Shown one piece after another: positions 23,246 through 36,300 of a stretch of 64,000 bases of DNA. The notes beneath the pieces were generated by a model. The model did no database searches and had not been told where the DNA came from. It saw nothing but the letters and a program-made list of their open reading frames with translations. Source of the DNA: Oculina patagonica (Eukaryota). The translations under genes were made by a program, and so were the position numbers. Each line of letters opens with the position of its first letter. Positions within the stretch are counted from its first letter, which is position 1. Location of the stretch: contig NC_135770.1 of assembly GCF_052425735.1 (NCBI RefSeq), forward strand, positions 29,946,001 through 30,010,000. Reading direction: 5' to 3'.

Positions 23246-25359
23246 CATATATTTCTTTTTTTTCTTGTGTAATTGTCAAGAAAGCCTACTTATAGTTTCT
23301 TTCTTTTTTTACAACAGAGACTTACACTTGGGCCATGCCGCAAAATTACACAAAGTCCGGAACCTTTTGGATCTACGGTGACTCGCTGAGTCTTCGGCTC
23401 TTCAAGTCCGTCCGGTCTCGGTCCTTATGCAAATCTCTCTATAAACAGTGTGAAAATAGTTACATGTGGATTTATCCTGTTACCAAAGAAAGGACTGAAC
23501 TGAATGATGATCTTGATTTCAGGCCTTCAAAAGTCATCGAAAGCTTATAGATGACTTGATAGTGGTCTTAAAAAAAACGGAAATTAATCCACAAGGCGAG
23601 AGAGTTCCAAAGTATAAGGCTAAAATCATTTGGAAATCATCCACTGCCATCTGCAAGGAAAACGCAGAGTCATTAAACAAGACCAGCTTTCGATTCTTTA
23701 CCACTCAGGTTTGTCACTACAAGTGGGATAGCCTACTAATAGGCCATCACGAAAGTTTATTCTGCACAAAAATTAACCGTGCCAGGCTTTGTGATAGTTA
23801 GACTATCAGTCATTAGTATCACTCAACTAGTGGACTAAATGCAAATCCTGCATTTTGATTGGCTACGCCACTAGAGGACTATTAGTAATAGTCATCGAGT
23901 AGCAATCAAGCGTGACGCTTTCTTTCGTTTTATTCCCAAATACCGTATTTATTCGATTAAGCGCACTGGGCGCTGATTAAATTTTTGGACCTTGAGAGCG
24001 CGCGCTTATTCGGGGTGGGCGCTTATTCGAAGCTGGGCGCTTATTAAATTTTCACTATTTTCAGCAAGTAGTAAGTTTACTTTGCAATAAAACAATTAAT
24101 AATAACATAACGTAAAGATGTACCAAAGCAGAATTTTGTTCATTGAAAGCTTCTGTAAAATACTAAGAAAAGTCGGTCTTCGGGTAGGTCTCTTAGCTAG
24201 GGCTTTCCACAAGTTGCTCGAGATTTCCCAAAAAAGTTGCCCGTAATTTCTCAAAAAGTTGCTCAAAAGTTGCTCCAAAACTCCAAAAAAGTTGCTTCTG
24301 ATATTAAAAGTTGCTCGGAAGTTGCTCCAAAAAAATCCGAAACGCTGCTTCTAATCAAGATAATTTCGTTAAATATATGCTAATTTCTCTTTGAGGGTTG
24401 GATTTCTAAACAAAAAAAAAAGATTTCTAAGCAGTTTTATGCAATTTTACCGCACAAGAAGTATTTAGTAGCCCGCCAAACGAAATTTTTTTTTTTTGGG
24501 GGGGGGGGGGGGGGGGGCTCAGCCCCCTCACGATTTAGTGCCGAAAATATCGCGAGAGCAGCGTAAAATTGGTTTGTCAAGATGTTCCGTCTCGTGAGTG
24601 AGCTCAAACATCTTCGAAACTTCTTCGGGAAATTTCGTTTATCTTCGGAAAAGTTCGAAAAATGATCAGAAACGTTCGTATGGCCTTCGAACAACAATCA
24701 GAGAATCTTCGGAAATCTTCGGTCTAGAAACTGCTCAGAAACAAAATGTTGCTTGAACGGAAAAAAGTTGCTCCAAATTTAAAAACCTGCCGAGTATTTT
24801 TGAAACAGTTTTAGTCTCCTCCCCTCCCCCCACGTTCTAAAACACGAGAGGCATATAAGGTCTCTAAAGCTGACTCTGTCCCTGGGGGAATCTTAATGGG
24901 GACTCTTCCCCAATGCTTACTTCCCTGATGCAACTATCTAGAAAGAGAGACATTTATTTCATCGGCAAAGCTAAATAACATTATTTTCTCTGTTCTCTCC
25001 TTTCAGCGGGTTGCCCTCTTCAGCGCCTACTCCATGTCAGCCATGTGTAAAGCAGGGTTTGACGTCATAGACGTGTATCCGCTGACCGATTCCTATCCAT
25101 GTAGATGCAGAGATCATGTTCACTACTCTGACCAAGTGTTTGGCATGCTGGAGAGAATGCTTGAGCAGTATAAAGTGCATAACAACAAAGGACCCGAAAG
25201 AAATGAACGAAATGGTAAAATAAAGCGATGTATAAGTCAAGAAGAGTTTTGAAAGCGTAAATAGAACATGATCTTGATGGAAGGGAGCAAAGCACTTGCT
25301 CCGAGGAAGGGCTAACTCTCGAAACAATAAAAGATTTTTTTCGTTCCCTCAATCCCTCC

Positions 25360-25800
25360 ATGGTCTACAGCATCGCAATGAAAAACTATGCAACTTCTGC
25401 AATTGCAACAAAATTGAAGATAACTCACTTTTTGTTAGATTGCCCACCTTATTCTCTGGTACGAGACATATTCTTCTCTAAAATAGAACTCAAACTCCCA
25501 TTACTACGACTACTACCACGCGATACACTATTATCACATCTTATGAGTTCCACTGACTACAGTGTAAACATTAAGCTAATTTCATTTATCTCGGCATGCT
25601 TTGAATTGAGAGACAATCTCGTTACAATGATCACCACTTCGAAAAGTTAAAAGAATAGTTATTGTTAGTAATTCTTTCATTTTGTTATTGTTATGTTTTG
25701 TCTACTTTCCTAGATATCTTAGATAATGAAATAATATGTAATTAAATTTAAGTAGCTTTTGCAATACTACCAAATTCCTATGTAGTCATGCAAATACAGC
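25360..25800 (+). mobile_element. 3' fragment of a LINE (CCHC tail); also present at 54441-55530
   Basis: C..C...EDN/THFLLDCPPY..R; ends in GTT repeats. Confidence 0.5.
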
Positions 25801-26451
25801 TTGTTGTTGTTGCATCTACTAAGGAGAATTCACCACGTAAGATAGCACCCCTCTTCAGCAGCTAAGATTCCATCCTTCAGTAACGTCAGTGAAGGAGACA
25901 GAGATAAGTTCCCCCGCTAAGAATAAATCATCGATTTAGGCGCGCATATTGCGAAGCTGGAACAACAAATAAAATCACTACAACTCGAAAATAAACATGT
26001 TTTGAAAAACGTCGACGAACTGCTCACAAAACCAGTTCGCAATAACTTAGGGGATTTCCACATTATCAGACTCTTCTCGCTTGTTGCAGTTTTAAAACAC
26101 GGGTTTGAATGGCGAGATTATTGTTTATGCCAACAACGTAAAAGAGGATTTAGAATTTTTTTATGTTCCATTTTCAATATTTGTTTATCTATTTACAGTG
26201 ACCACAATTAGCACAATAGTGCTAAATACATTGACACTTAAATAAAGTGATTTTTTTTTTAATTTTCAACACCAAGTAATGTAGTTGGGTACCAGGGAAA
26301 CAAACCCGGTATACGTTAAAACTGGTTTTATGATCCTTGTCCGGATGAGGTTTGGGATATTTGGACTTGATTTGGGTCACCAGTTATTGTCATAAAGTTA
26401 CAATTAATACAAAATGTTTAACAGACAACACACTTTTCGACGTTGATTTAA

Positions 26452-26856
26452 GGGACTGGGTCACGGATGAGTTAAGTTTATTTAATCAAGTTTTGCCAAA
26501 TACCCGCTATAAAACTTAATGTTTGCAAAAAAAAAAAAATACTTCTATGGATCTAAATGACAAAAAAATAGCGTCATTGCAACCAATTGTGACTCCCGGG
26601 CGTTATAATTTAAACTTACAAGCAAACAAGATATACTTTGAAAACTGTTCGGCCCAACAATATTTCAAAAACCCATATCGCAATCCGTTTTAATCTTACT
26701 AAACTTCGTCGTTTTTGGCCATCCGTACCTCCTTTTGTATTTGGTGTGTTATTGAAATGTTTCTTCACTGTTTTAAGTGGTTATTTTTTATATTTCAGCG
26801 AATTAGATGGTCATTTCCCATGCCTAAATTTAGCTGAAATCCGTAACACAGTCCCT
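26452..26856. mobile_element. TTAA-associated MITE (Kolobok-like)
   Basis: TIR GGGACTGGGTCACGGAT / ATCCGTAACACAGTCCC with flanking TTAA. Confidence 0.6.
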
Positions 26857-29809
26857 TTAATATGATTATGCGAGATGTTAGCTGAGTTGCAAGTAAGCCC
26901 TTCCGCCACATTATGCTAGTAAAACAGGCATTTTATGCTCCCAGCAATGATTGTTTTTTGTCCCAAACATGCTCTAATTATGCTCATTTTTCAAAGTTTA
27001 CTCCTTTTATTTGAAAAAATGCTTTGTTTTATAAAAAACATACATACAAAATAGGGCATTTAGTGTGTTTTACGTTAACTGAATTAAGTGAAGCAAATCT
27101 TTCTGTTTCTTTTTACACCAATATAATACTTGTTTATGTTTCTCAACGGTTCGTGTAACGCAATTTTCGTGATAGCACTGTGCCCTTTCCGCCTATATAT
27201 TTACCATCAGTGGATTCCAAACTGAAAGATCGCTCTCGAGGTATTTGTGGAGGTGCTTGCCTATTTTCTGCTTCGCGACCTCCTTCTGTGACCTGCAAGT
27301 TATTCCATGAAGATGGCGTGGCTGGCGCTTTCTTGTTTTGATGTTTTAGCAAGGACTGGGTACAACCTCTGAAAATTAACCAAGTCACAACTACAATAGA
27401 GAGACAGCAACTATGTGGAGAGCGTGGAGAATTGGAGTTACCTGAAAGTCATTTAGTAGAAGTGTTAGAACACCAAAAGCAAGCAAAGTAACAAAAAGTA
27501 GATAACATTGACAACAAACATGAAGATAAAATTGGCGGAAAATTCTAAATTGTGCTTGCAATTATTATTTTTTGATTGAAAATGCCAAAAAATGCTTGTT
27601 AAGCCAAATTACGCTGAAAAATGCTAGCATAATTGGGAAAGGCCTAAATATTAGACCCTTATATAAAAAGAACGTTAACTCACCGTGTTGCATCCAGATC
27701 TCGGAAGCTTTATTCTACTGGTCCTCTAGTGTATGTAGGAGTTCCTATTGTTAATTTCTGGGGCAAGGGGCATTGTTCCGTTTATTTGTTATATTGCTCT
27801 CTCGAAAAGAACGAGCCATTCATGTGAGACCTTGCGACAGCAGCAACCCGATCCCCTTAGGCAGCCAATAACCTAACTAGCCCTCGAGATGTTATCACAA
27901 AGTATTAGAAAGAACCCATTTTAGCAAATCCCCACTATCACTTGATTTAAATCAACGTCCTCAAGATAGTACGCTGTACGCCAGTACGCTGTATCGTTGC
28001 CAGAGAAAATCAGGTAAGATCAGTTTAAGTCCCAAAGTTAGTTTTCAAATTTGTTTCTTAGCACGGCCTTAACGTGACATATCAGGGCCGACTCAACTGT
28101 TAATTAATAATGCGAATCGTGGAAAATGCGAAAACCGATGCGTAATTTAATTATAATTTCAAAAGGTATTTATTAGGTGTCGTTGTTTTCAGTTAAATCA
28201 GCTTTCATCGATTTCAGTTTTACTCTAGATCGTTGATAGTGTAACAGAAATTTTCTCTAATATCACCTTGCTCTACCTTTTCTTAAACACGGTTGTTTTT
28301 TTAAAGCTCGGAGAAGCTTGTGGGGCCGTGTTTTCCCGATCGAATTAGAATTTGGCAAAAGTTTTTTTTTTCACAGTTGATACTGGAAACTGCGGGAGTA
28401 AAATTTTTGACGCTCTCCTTCAGACACAACATACTCAGATGCGAAAATAAGTCTACGTCAGTCGGTAGCTCGCTTCTTTTAAAACCAGTTGGATTGTTAT
28501 TTTCTTCAGGAGGCCTCTAATCTGGGAATCACAATTACTCTTATACCCGTCTAATTTGTTTGCTCAACAGTTAAAAGAATGTCCGGTAAAATAATTAGAC
28601 ATGACTCGAATTGCCAGGATCTTATAATGATAACACTGACATATAAAAAGAAGCGAAGAGAAAGAAAGCATTCATCTAGTTCTATTTTATAACCTATATG
28701 ATATGAACATTTATGATCAAGCGGCCACGTTAATTTTGAATTCTTGTAAGACAACCGCCGTTGTCATGGACGGAACCTAAATGAATTTGTAAACTTGGCA
28801 GGATGAATACAAAAGATGTCTTTTAATGTAATTTTCTTTCTAAAAAGCAATTGAAAGGAGTCTTAAGGTGGATTTCCACTGACGCGTAAATATTTACGTA
28901 CGTAAAACGTGCGTCATGAAAAAAATTAGATACGTAGGCAAATTCCACTGTCGCGTGAAAAGTAATAAAAAGCGTTTCTTTTTTACGTGCGTTGAACTTA
29001 CGTAAATGCCCGCCATCCTGAATTATCAAGTTGGTGAATAAAGTGTGTTACTGGCGGCCATATTGGAGGAGTGAAACAATAAATTGTTTTTCCTTTGGGA
29101 AAAAATCATTAACATTTTTATGCAAATATCTTGTTGTTTGACTCTTCCAACATGGCTGCCATGAAAACACTTTGTATCACACGCTAGTAAAAGAAATGCG
29201 TGAATATGACCAAGAGGCATTTTATATAAAATACTTCCAAAAGACACCATCTAGTTCGTGTAATATGGTTCTGTAGTCAGTTCTATAGATTATTGCTGGA
29301 AATGTTCGGACTTTCTCGATGAGAAGTGCTTCTTCATCTGAATGTTTTCTCATGTAAATCGACGGCGATTTAAAACAAAATGGTTTTCCACATGGTAAGT
29401 GGTGTCATGTGACAAAATCCAAAAGCACTTTTTTTATTATTATTCATTTCAGTACACACAAAGAGAAAAAAGAAAGAAAAAAAAAACCCAGAGATACGGT
29501 ATTAATACTTCTTAAATTACAAGACAACATGGATGTTAAAATACAATACAGTGACATTATTTACAGTAGAATTACTTAATACATTACCAGCGGTATCTGG
29601 CGTCGATACATAATTACATAAAATAAACTTATATACTTGGAGCGGAATTACATTAACAGCAGCGGTTAACACTAGTATTTACAGTATTTATTTATTTATT
29701 TTTTTTATTTTTTTTACAACCATTGATTTATTGACAATGTTTTTAAAATTCTAACGCAAAAATTACTACGTTCTAAGAGGTAGCTTAAAGTATCACCTAC
29801 GTCATTAAG

Positions 29810-31464
29810 AGTGACTTTTACGAACGGCCGAGCAAGAATTTGATTTCCTGGCAGAAATTGGAAAATAGATTTTTCTTCGTTTTTTGCTCATTATTAGCTG
29901 TAAAGTAGATAAGAAACCTGATGTAGTTTGTTTCCCCTAGAGGTCTTCTAATTTTAAGAAAACAAAGAAAGTCGATTTCGGTGGTCGAAGTCACAAATTT
30001 CCTAACTTTTAAACCCGAAATTAGCTATTATGAACACTACTCGCGTTCGCTTACAAAACCGCGCAGAGAAATTTGGTCACTTCCTATCAACATAAAAACT
30101 CTTTTTCTTTCGCTAGAATATAATTTCAGGGCTTTAGCGCAACTCTTCCAACTGAAAAAAATGAACTGACGAGGAATGCTTTTTACGATAACAAAAATTT
30201 GAATAAAATAGTAATTTTCAACGGCAGTATTTAGCATGTGGTATAACATTAATTTTTTTCAATTTTTGCTCAAACGTGCATACAGATATTCTTATTAAAC
30301 ATACCTGAGAATTGGCTCGGGTTATTGGAAAGATTCTCACTTAGAGGGCATCAAACTTCGGCAAATTTTCACAGCATGACCGTAAACTGTGTAAATACTT
30401 CTAATTGCCAAACGCCACGATAATGAATGTTTAACCCCAAATGCTCGTCTTTCCTTCTTCTTGCCGAATGTTCCATTGCAAAATTCCCTTTTCAACGAAA
30501 GAGTGAGATAAAAAAGCCAACCTGGGTCAATTAAGGTCCATTTTGATCGCAAAACCTCTTCGCCATTTTGCCACAAGATTAGATTTTGTGACTTACGTGA
30601 CATAATACACGTGACATGAAACACGATATTGTGACGTAAGTGAGTCTGCGCAGTAAGAGCCCTGGGGTCGAGAATGTCACGGAGTTAAAATAACGCAAAA
30701 CAATTCTCCAGCACCGCCAACGCAGTTTGAGGAAGCAAATTGATCGTTCTGGAGTTCTGTACACACTTTCGTCAAGAGAAAAGAACCACGATAAAGGAAA
30801 ATTGCTAAGGATGAAGATGCAAAAGGAATTTCGCGCTTAACAGTTGCTTTGCTGTATTTTGGAGCCAAGAAATGTTTAGCTGTCAGTTAGGCTATTTTGA
30901 TCGATATCACAACATTTTGTGCGACTACGATGCATTGGTAAATATGCTGCCTTCAACAACCCGAGCCAATTCTCAGGTATGTCTTAGATAAACATTTACA
31001 TGTGTGTTTAAACGACAATTGAGAAAATTTGGTGTTATACCACATATTAAATAATTCCGTTGAAAACTGCCGTTTAATTCGATTTTCTAGTATCGTGAAA
31101 AGTATTCCCCACCTTTTTAATTATTTCAGTTCGAAGAGTTTTGCTTAAGCCCTGAAATTATATTTTAGCGAATGGAAAAGAGTGTCTCTGTTGATAGAAA
31201 GCATCCAAAGTTGTCAATGTGGCTTTGTTTGTGAACGCGACGAGAGTTAACGATAGCGAATTTCGGGTTGAAAATTGTGTCACTTTGAGGCTCCGATCAC
31301 GAAAACTGACTTTGGTTTTTTTCTCGAAATTAGAAGACTTCTGGGGGGAACAAAATACATCAGGTTTCTTATCTACCTAAAAGCTATTAATGAGCAAAAA
31401 AATGAAGGAATTTGATTTTTCAATTTTCTGCCAGTGCAAGCGCGTTTTTTATTTAAAGTCCTTC
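29810..31464. mobile_element. Old non-autonomous foldback element with long diverged TIRs and TTAA TSD (Sola3-like)
   Basis: TTAA-GAGTGACTTT ... AAAGTCCTTC-TTAA; ~29848-30250 is inverted against ~31040-31435. Confidence 0.65.
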
Positions 31465-31590
31465 TTAAAATAAGAATACATACATAAAAAATAAAGAAAG
31501 ACAAAAAAGGGAGTATTTACCACACAGTATTCTTCTTATGACTAACAGTAAGAGTAGTGGGGAGGGCTGGAGAACAGCGTTGATAACTGC

Positions 31591-33355
31591 TCAAAATAGC
31601 TTTTCAATTTGATATTTAAAAGTGAGTTTCCTAATATACTCTTTCGTGTTTATTTCTTTTTTGAGTAGTTTTTGTGTATATAGATAATATTTGGCAAACA
31701 GAAGTGTAAAATTAAATTTCCTTAACAATTTAAACGAGCCTTGAGAGCAATTGCTTGATTTTTTCCCGAACAGTATTTCTACGGGGCTTGGCGAGAAGGT
31801 GGTGTCATTTTCTTTGTTAAACCACTTGATAACCTCCGAATAGAACTGAATTGACCAGCGGCAGTTTAAGAAAGTGTGACTTATTGAGTCAGGTTCTTGG
31901 CAAAATAAACAAAACATGTCGTCTTCTATACCGAAGAAAAAAAGCTCTTTTTTGGTCACCACTATTCTATGAATAAGTTTGAAATAAAATTCTCTCATTT
32001 TGTTTTCTTTGCAAACATTTTTAACACGGCTGAAAAGATCATCTAGTCTAAATTCTTCCGAATGTAAGTCTCGAGACCATTTCACTTCAGCTTTTATCTC
32101 TTGATTGTCTTTGTTAATTAGGAGCCAGTTGTAATCTTTGTTTTTCATTTTGAGTAGGTCTATTACAGTATTGGGCGAGAGTTGGAAAGCATCTACGGCT
32201 AGAAAGGTGCTCTTGCCTAGAGGTTTTTCCCTTGCCTTTTTGACTAAATGTTTTGGGATTGCTGAGACAACTTGCATATAAGTTAGAAAATTGCATTTAA
32301 GCTCGTATCTTCGGACAAATTCCGGATAAGTAAAAAAATTGCCATTTTCTTTTAAAAAATCCTGTATGAGAAAAATTTCTTTTTGGAACCAGTCTTTGTA
32401 AAATATGGTTTGGTTTTCAATAAAAATGTCTTTGTTGTTGAATAATACTAGTTCTTGCCCGTTCATACATTTGTGGACTGCAGACCTATAAAATAGAGGT
32501 AACTTGGTACCTTTCAGAAGTTTTTCATTGTAGTTGCATCTTAACAAAAAGTTAAGACCGCCATATTTGTTCAAGAAGTAGTTAGGGATCACCTTCCAGG
32601 ATTCGTCCCATGACTGCTCATTTTTTAACAGTCTTGAGATCCATGCTAGTTTAAGTGATTTGACCATAACCTCAATACTGGGTGCACGCAGACCTCCATT
32701 CTTACAGTCGAGGGCCATTACTTTACGTTTTATTTTATCTTGCTTTTTTTTCCAAATAAACCTAAAGATAAGAGAGTTAATATCTTTGATACATTCAGGG
32801 GGTGTGTCAAGAATCGAAATGGAGTGCACCAGTTGTGAAATTCCGAGACTTTTAGATATAAGACTTCTTCCGAATAAAGTAAGACTCCTGGACTGCCAAA
32901 GATCGAGAATAGTACTTAACTTGTCGATTTTCGCTTTAAAATTCTTTCTCTCGTTTTGTTTTTGATGGTAAGATATAAATATTCCTAACGCTCTAATTGG
33001 ATCTTTTGGCCACTGGAATTCAAAAGGCTCATCGTCGATGTCTCTCCATGGCCCCAGCCACAAAGCTTTAGTTTTAGTTGGGTTCAGTCTCAGACCGGAA
33101 ACGTCACCGAAGTCATTTAGCACTTCAATCGCTCTTTGAACCGATTTGCAGGAACTGCATAATAGTGAGGTGTCGTCGGCGAACTGGCTTATTTTGATTT
33201 CTTTTTTGAAGATTCCCCTCTATTTCTTTGTCTTGTCTTATTTTGCATGCTAATAATTCCACCGACAAAATAAATAAATAAGGAGACAGGGGACAACCTT
33301 GCCTCACTCCTCTTGACAGTTTAAAGGAATTGGTGCAAAAACCGTTGTTTAAAAC
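31591..33355 (-). pseudogene. LINE ORF2, 3' part (RT C-terminal half plus CCHC)
   Basis: GVRQGCPLSPYLF, QFADD, SGLRLNPTKT, GGL, CLFC..H....C; frameshifts at ~33120-33210. Confidence 0.88.
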
Positions 33356-36300
33356 TGTTACAGCCCGCTAAACCCGCAGGGGTAGACTTTGTAGGAAACC
33401 CGAAAAACTTGACTTGTAATTGTACCCCCGTGGGTACCCTACAGCGAGCGTCACGTGACTCGCATCGTGTTCGCTGTGCTCGAAGTTGTAAGTCCATGCA
33501 CAGAATCGAAGCTGTGAAACAAAGATTGTTTGTACTCCCTGAAGCCGTGAATAAATACGTTGAGTTAAACAAAACATAATGGTCCTTCGAGCTGCGGATT
33601 TAGAAGATCACAAGAACATTTTGCTGTGGATTGACTGACTTCTGTGAGACTTCGTGCAGTCAACACTCGAAACCACGTGGGCGACAAGATGGCCGCCAGT
33701 GGAAGTGACAGTGATATCGAAGACGAGCTATCTCGAAAATCAGTGGAGCAACTACGTGGATTACTTAAAGAAAAAGGATTATCGACAGCTGGAAAGAAAA
33801 AGGTCTTGATTCAGAGGTTAGTAAACGCATATTATGAGTCAAAGACTGCTGTGAAATCAGAGCTGTCAGAATCACACGAAGATTTGAATTTCGCTAAACT
33901 TAGCAAAGAACTTCCTCCATCCGTTAGCAAGGAACAGTCGAAGGAAATTACTTCGATTCGACGTAAAGCGAAAGTATTGCAGGGGGATATTGAGGCCTTA
34001 ATTCGTGATATTTCAGAGCTGAGTGGAAGTGAAGGGAATAAGGTCAAAATACAGATTAGAATCGAGAGATTGACAGAATTTCGCATGGCATATCTTCAGT
34101 TGAGAGATCGTATAATTTCACTACTCTCAGACGAGGAAATTGACGATGAGCTAAGCCGTTGGAGGGAATTCTTGGATATGATAGATCGAGCTGTTGATGC
34201 TGCCCATGAATACTTAAATAAGGAGTCCAGTTCAAATGAACAGTCCTCAAAAGGGAGTGTACAAAAGGACAATCCCCAATCATCTAATCTTAAACTGCCT
34301 AGAATTGAGTTGCCCAAGTTTAATGGTGATGTGTTGAAATTTCAAAACTTCTGGGATCAGTTTGAAGCTGCAGTGCATGACAATGATGATTTGCCCAATG
34401 TCCAGAAATTCACCTACCTGCGTTCAGTGCTGACTGGCAATGCTTTGCAATCAATTGAAGGGTTTGAAGTTACTGGGGCGAACTATCAACCAGCAGTAGA
34501 ATGTCTCAAGCATAGGTATGGAAGAAAACGTGTGGTAATCTCATCCCTTGTCAAATCAGTCATCAAGATGGATGCAAAATCTGTTGTAACAGCATCATCC
34601 CTTCGAGATCTTTATGACACTTTAAAGAACCGAACTAGGGCTTTAGAAGCTCTGGGAGAAAACCCAGTGAGTCATGGTTGTATTTTGTTGCCAATGTTTG
34701 AGACCAAGTTGCCATCAGAGTTGCTAGAAAAGTGGGAATTGGAGCTTGCAGACACCCCTGAAGATGAGATTGGTCTTGAATTGTTCTTTAAGTTCCTCAA
34801 TCGACAAGTTGTATCCAAAGAGGCAGGAGAGAGGAACCTAGAACCAAATCTTAGCCCAAAGAGTCGTAGTCCAAATAAGGATAGAGACAAAGTAAGAAAG
34901 CCACCGTTCATTCCAGCGAGTGACCGAGAACAAGTGTCAACTGCTTCTGCTTTGTTCAGTGAGGCAAAACCACCAACAATTCCAAGTTGGTAGATTTTGC
35001 AAAGCAAATCATGGGTCACTTAATTGCCCAGTGTTTAATGGCAAACCAGTAGATGAAAGATGGAAATTAGTTCAAGAAAACAAGTTGTGTTTCAATTGTC
35101 TAAAGCCTACCAACAGCAAGCATTTCTCTAAAATCTGTCGTCACCCCAAGTGTTCTGTTGTAAATTGCGGTCAACGTCATCACAAGTTACTGCATAGTCA
35201 GCCTTTCGTCGCAAGAACTGAGAATCCTAACAATACCGCATTGACTGGATTGGCTGCTTCAAAGCCCTCTTCATCCATGAAGGAGACACTTCTTCAGACA
35301 GCGTTAGCTAAGCTATCAGTGAATGGCCAAGAAGTTAGAGTTCGTGTTCTACTTGACTCTGGCAGTCAACGGTCGTACATCCGAAAGAACATTGCAGAAT
35401 CCATTGGTCTGCAAGGCCCCTCAGAATTATTTAAATTAAGTGTTGCAACCCTGGGAGGAGACACAAGTGAAACCAAGAGATTTCAAAGAGTGCGATTTAC
35501 TCTTTCGCCAATTCAGGGACATCCAACAGGAACTGTGGAAATGGAAGCTCTTACTATACCCAACATTTGTAATCCCTTGGGACCTGTCAAGTTGAATCTT
35601 AAGGACAATCCTCACCTACAAGGTTTGACTTTTGCAGACTCCTACCCGCGCAATTCAGTTCAAGTAGATGTTCTTATCGGTGCAGATCACTACTACTCTT
35701 TCGTAACTGGAATTTGTAAGAGAGGAGAAACCCCTGAATCATTGGTAGCTGTGGAATCTCACCTTGGCTGGATACTTACAGGACCTGTAGACAGTTCTTC
35801 AGAGCACACGTCATCCATGCTAACAATAGTAGAGAATAAAGATAGATCACCACAAGTCTGAAAAGGTTTTGGGAACTAGAAGCAATTGGCATAACTGAAA
35901 CTGTGAATCCAACTATGTCAAAAGAAGAAGAGTATGCAGTCGCTGACTTCAATGATGGACTGAACTTTGATGGAAGAAACTACGAAGTTCGATTGCCATG
36001 GAAGAAAGACCATCCAAAACTTGAAAACAATTATGCGCAAGCTGTGAAACGACTTGAAAGTATCGAAAGGAAGCTAAAACGAGACCCTGAGAAAGCTGAA
36101 GCATACACCACTGCAATCAACCAGTATGTAGAGAAAGGCTTTGCAGAAGAAGTAACTGACTTGAGCAGTGAAGATGGAACTGTCCGATACTTACCGCACC
36201 ATGCTGTTTTCCGTGCTGACAGAAAGACCACAAAGTGTAGAATCGTATTTGATGCTTCTGCCCGAGAGCAAGACAGTGCATCTCTCAATGAGTGTGTCCT

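Larger units (their letters stand above)
18851..25252 (+). pseudogene. NXPE-family (neurexophilin/PC-esterase) gene, copy 1; exons 18851-19697, 21578-21674, 23318-23708, 25007-25252
   Basis: N-terminal TM anchor; DHNNGTY Ig-like motif; YGDSL; DHVH; GT-AG sites. Exon 1 is open. Exon 2 is 2 nt short and exon 3 has a ~109-nt deletion relative to copy 2. Confidence 0.8.
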
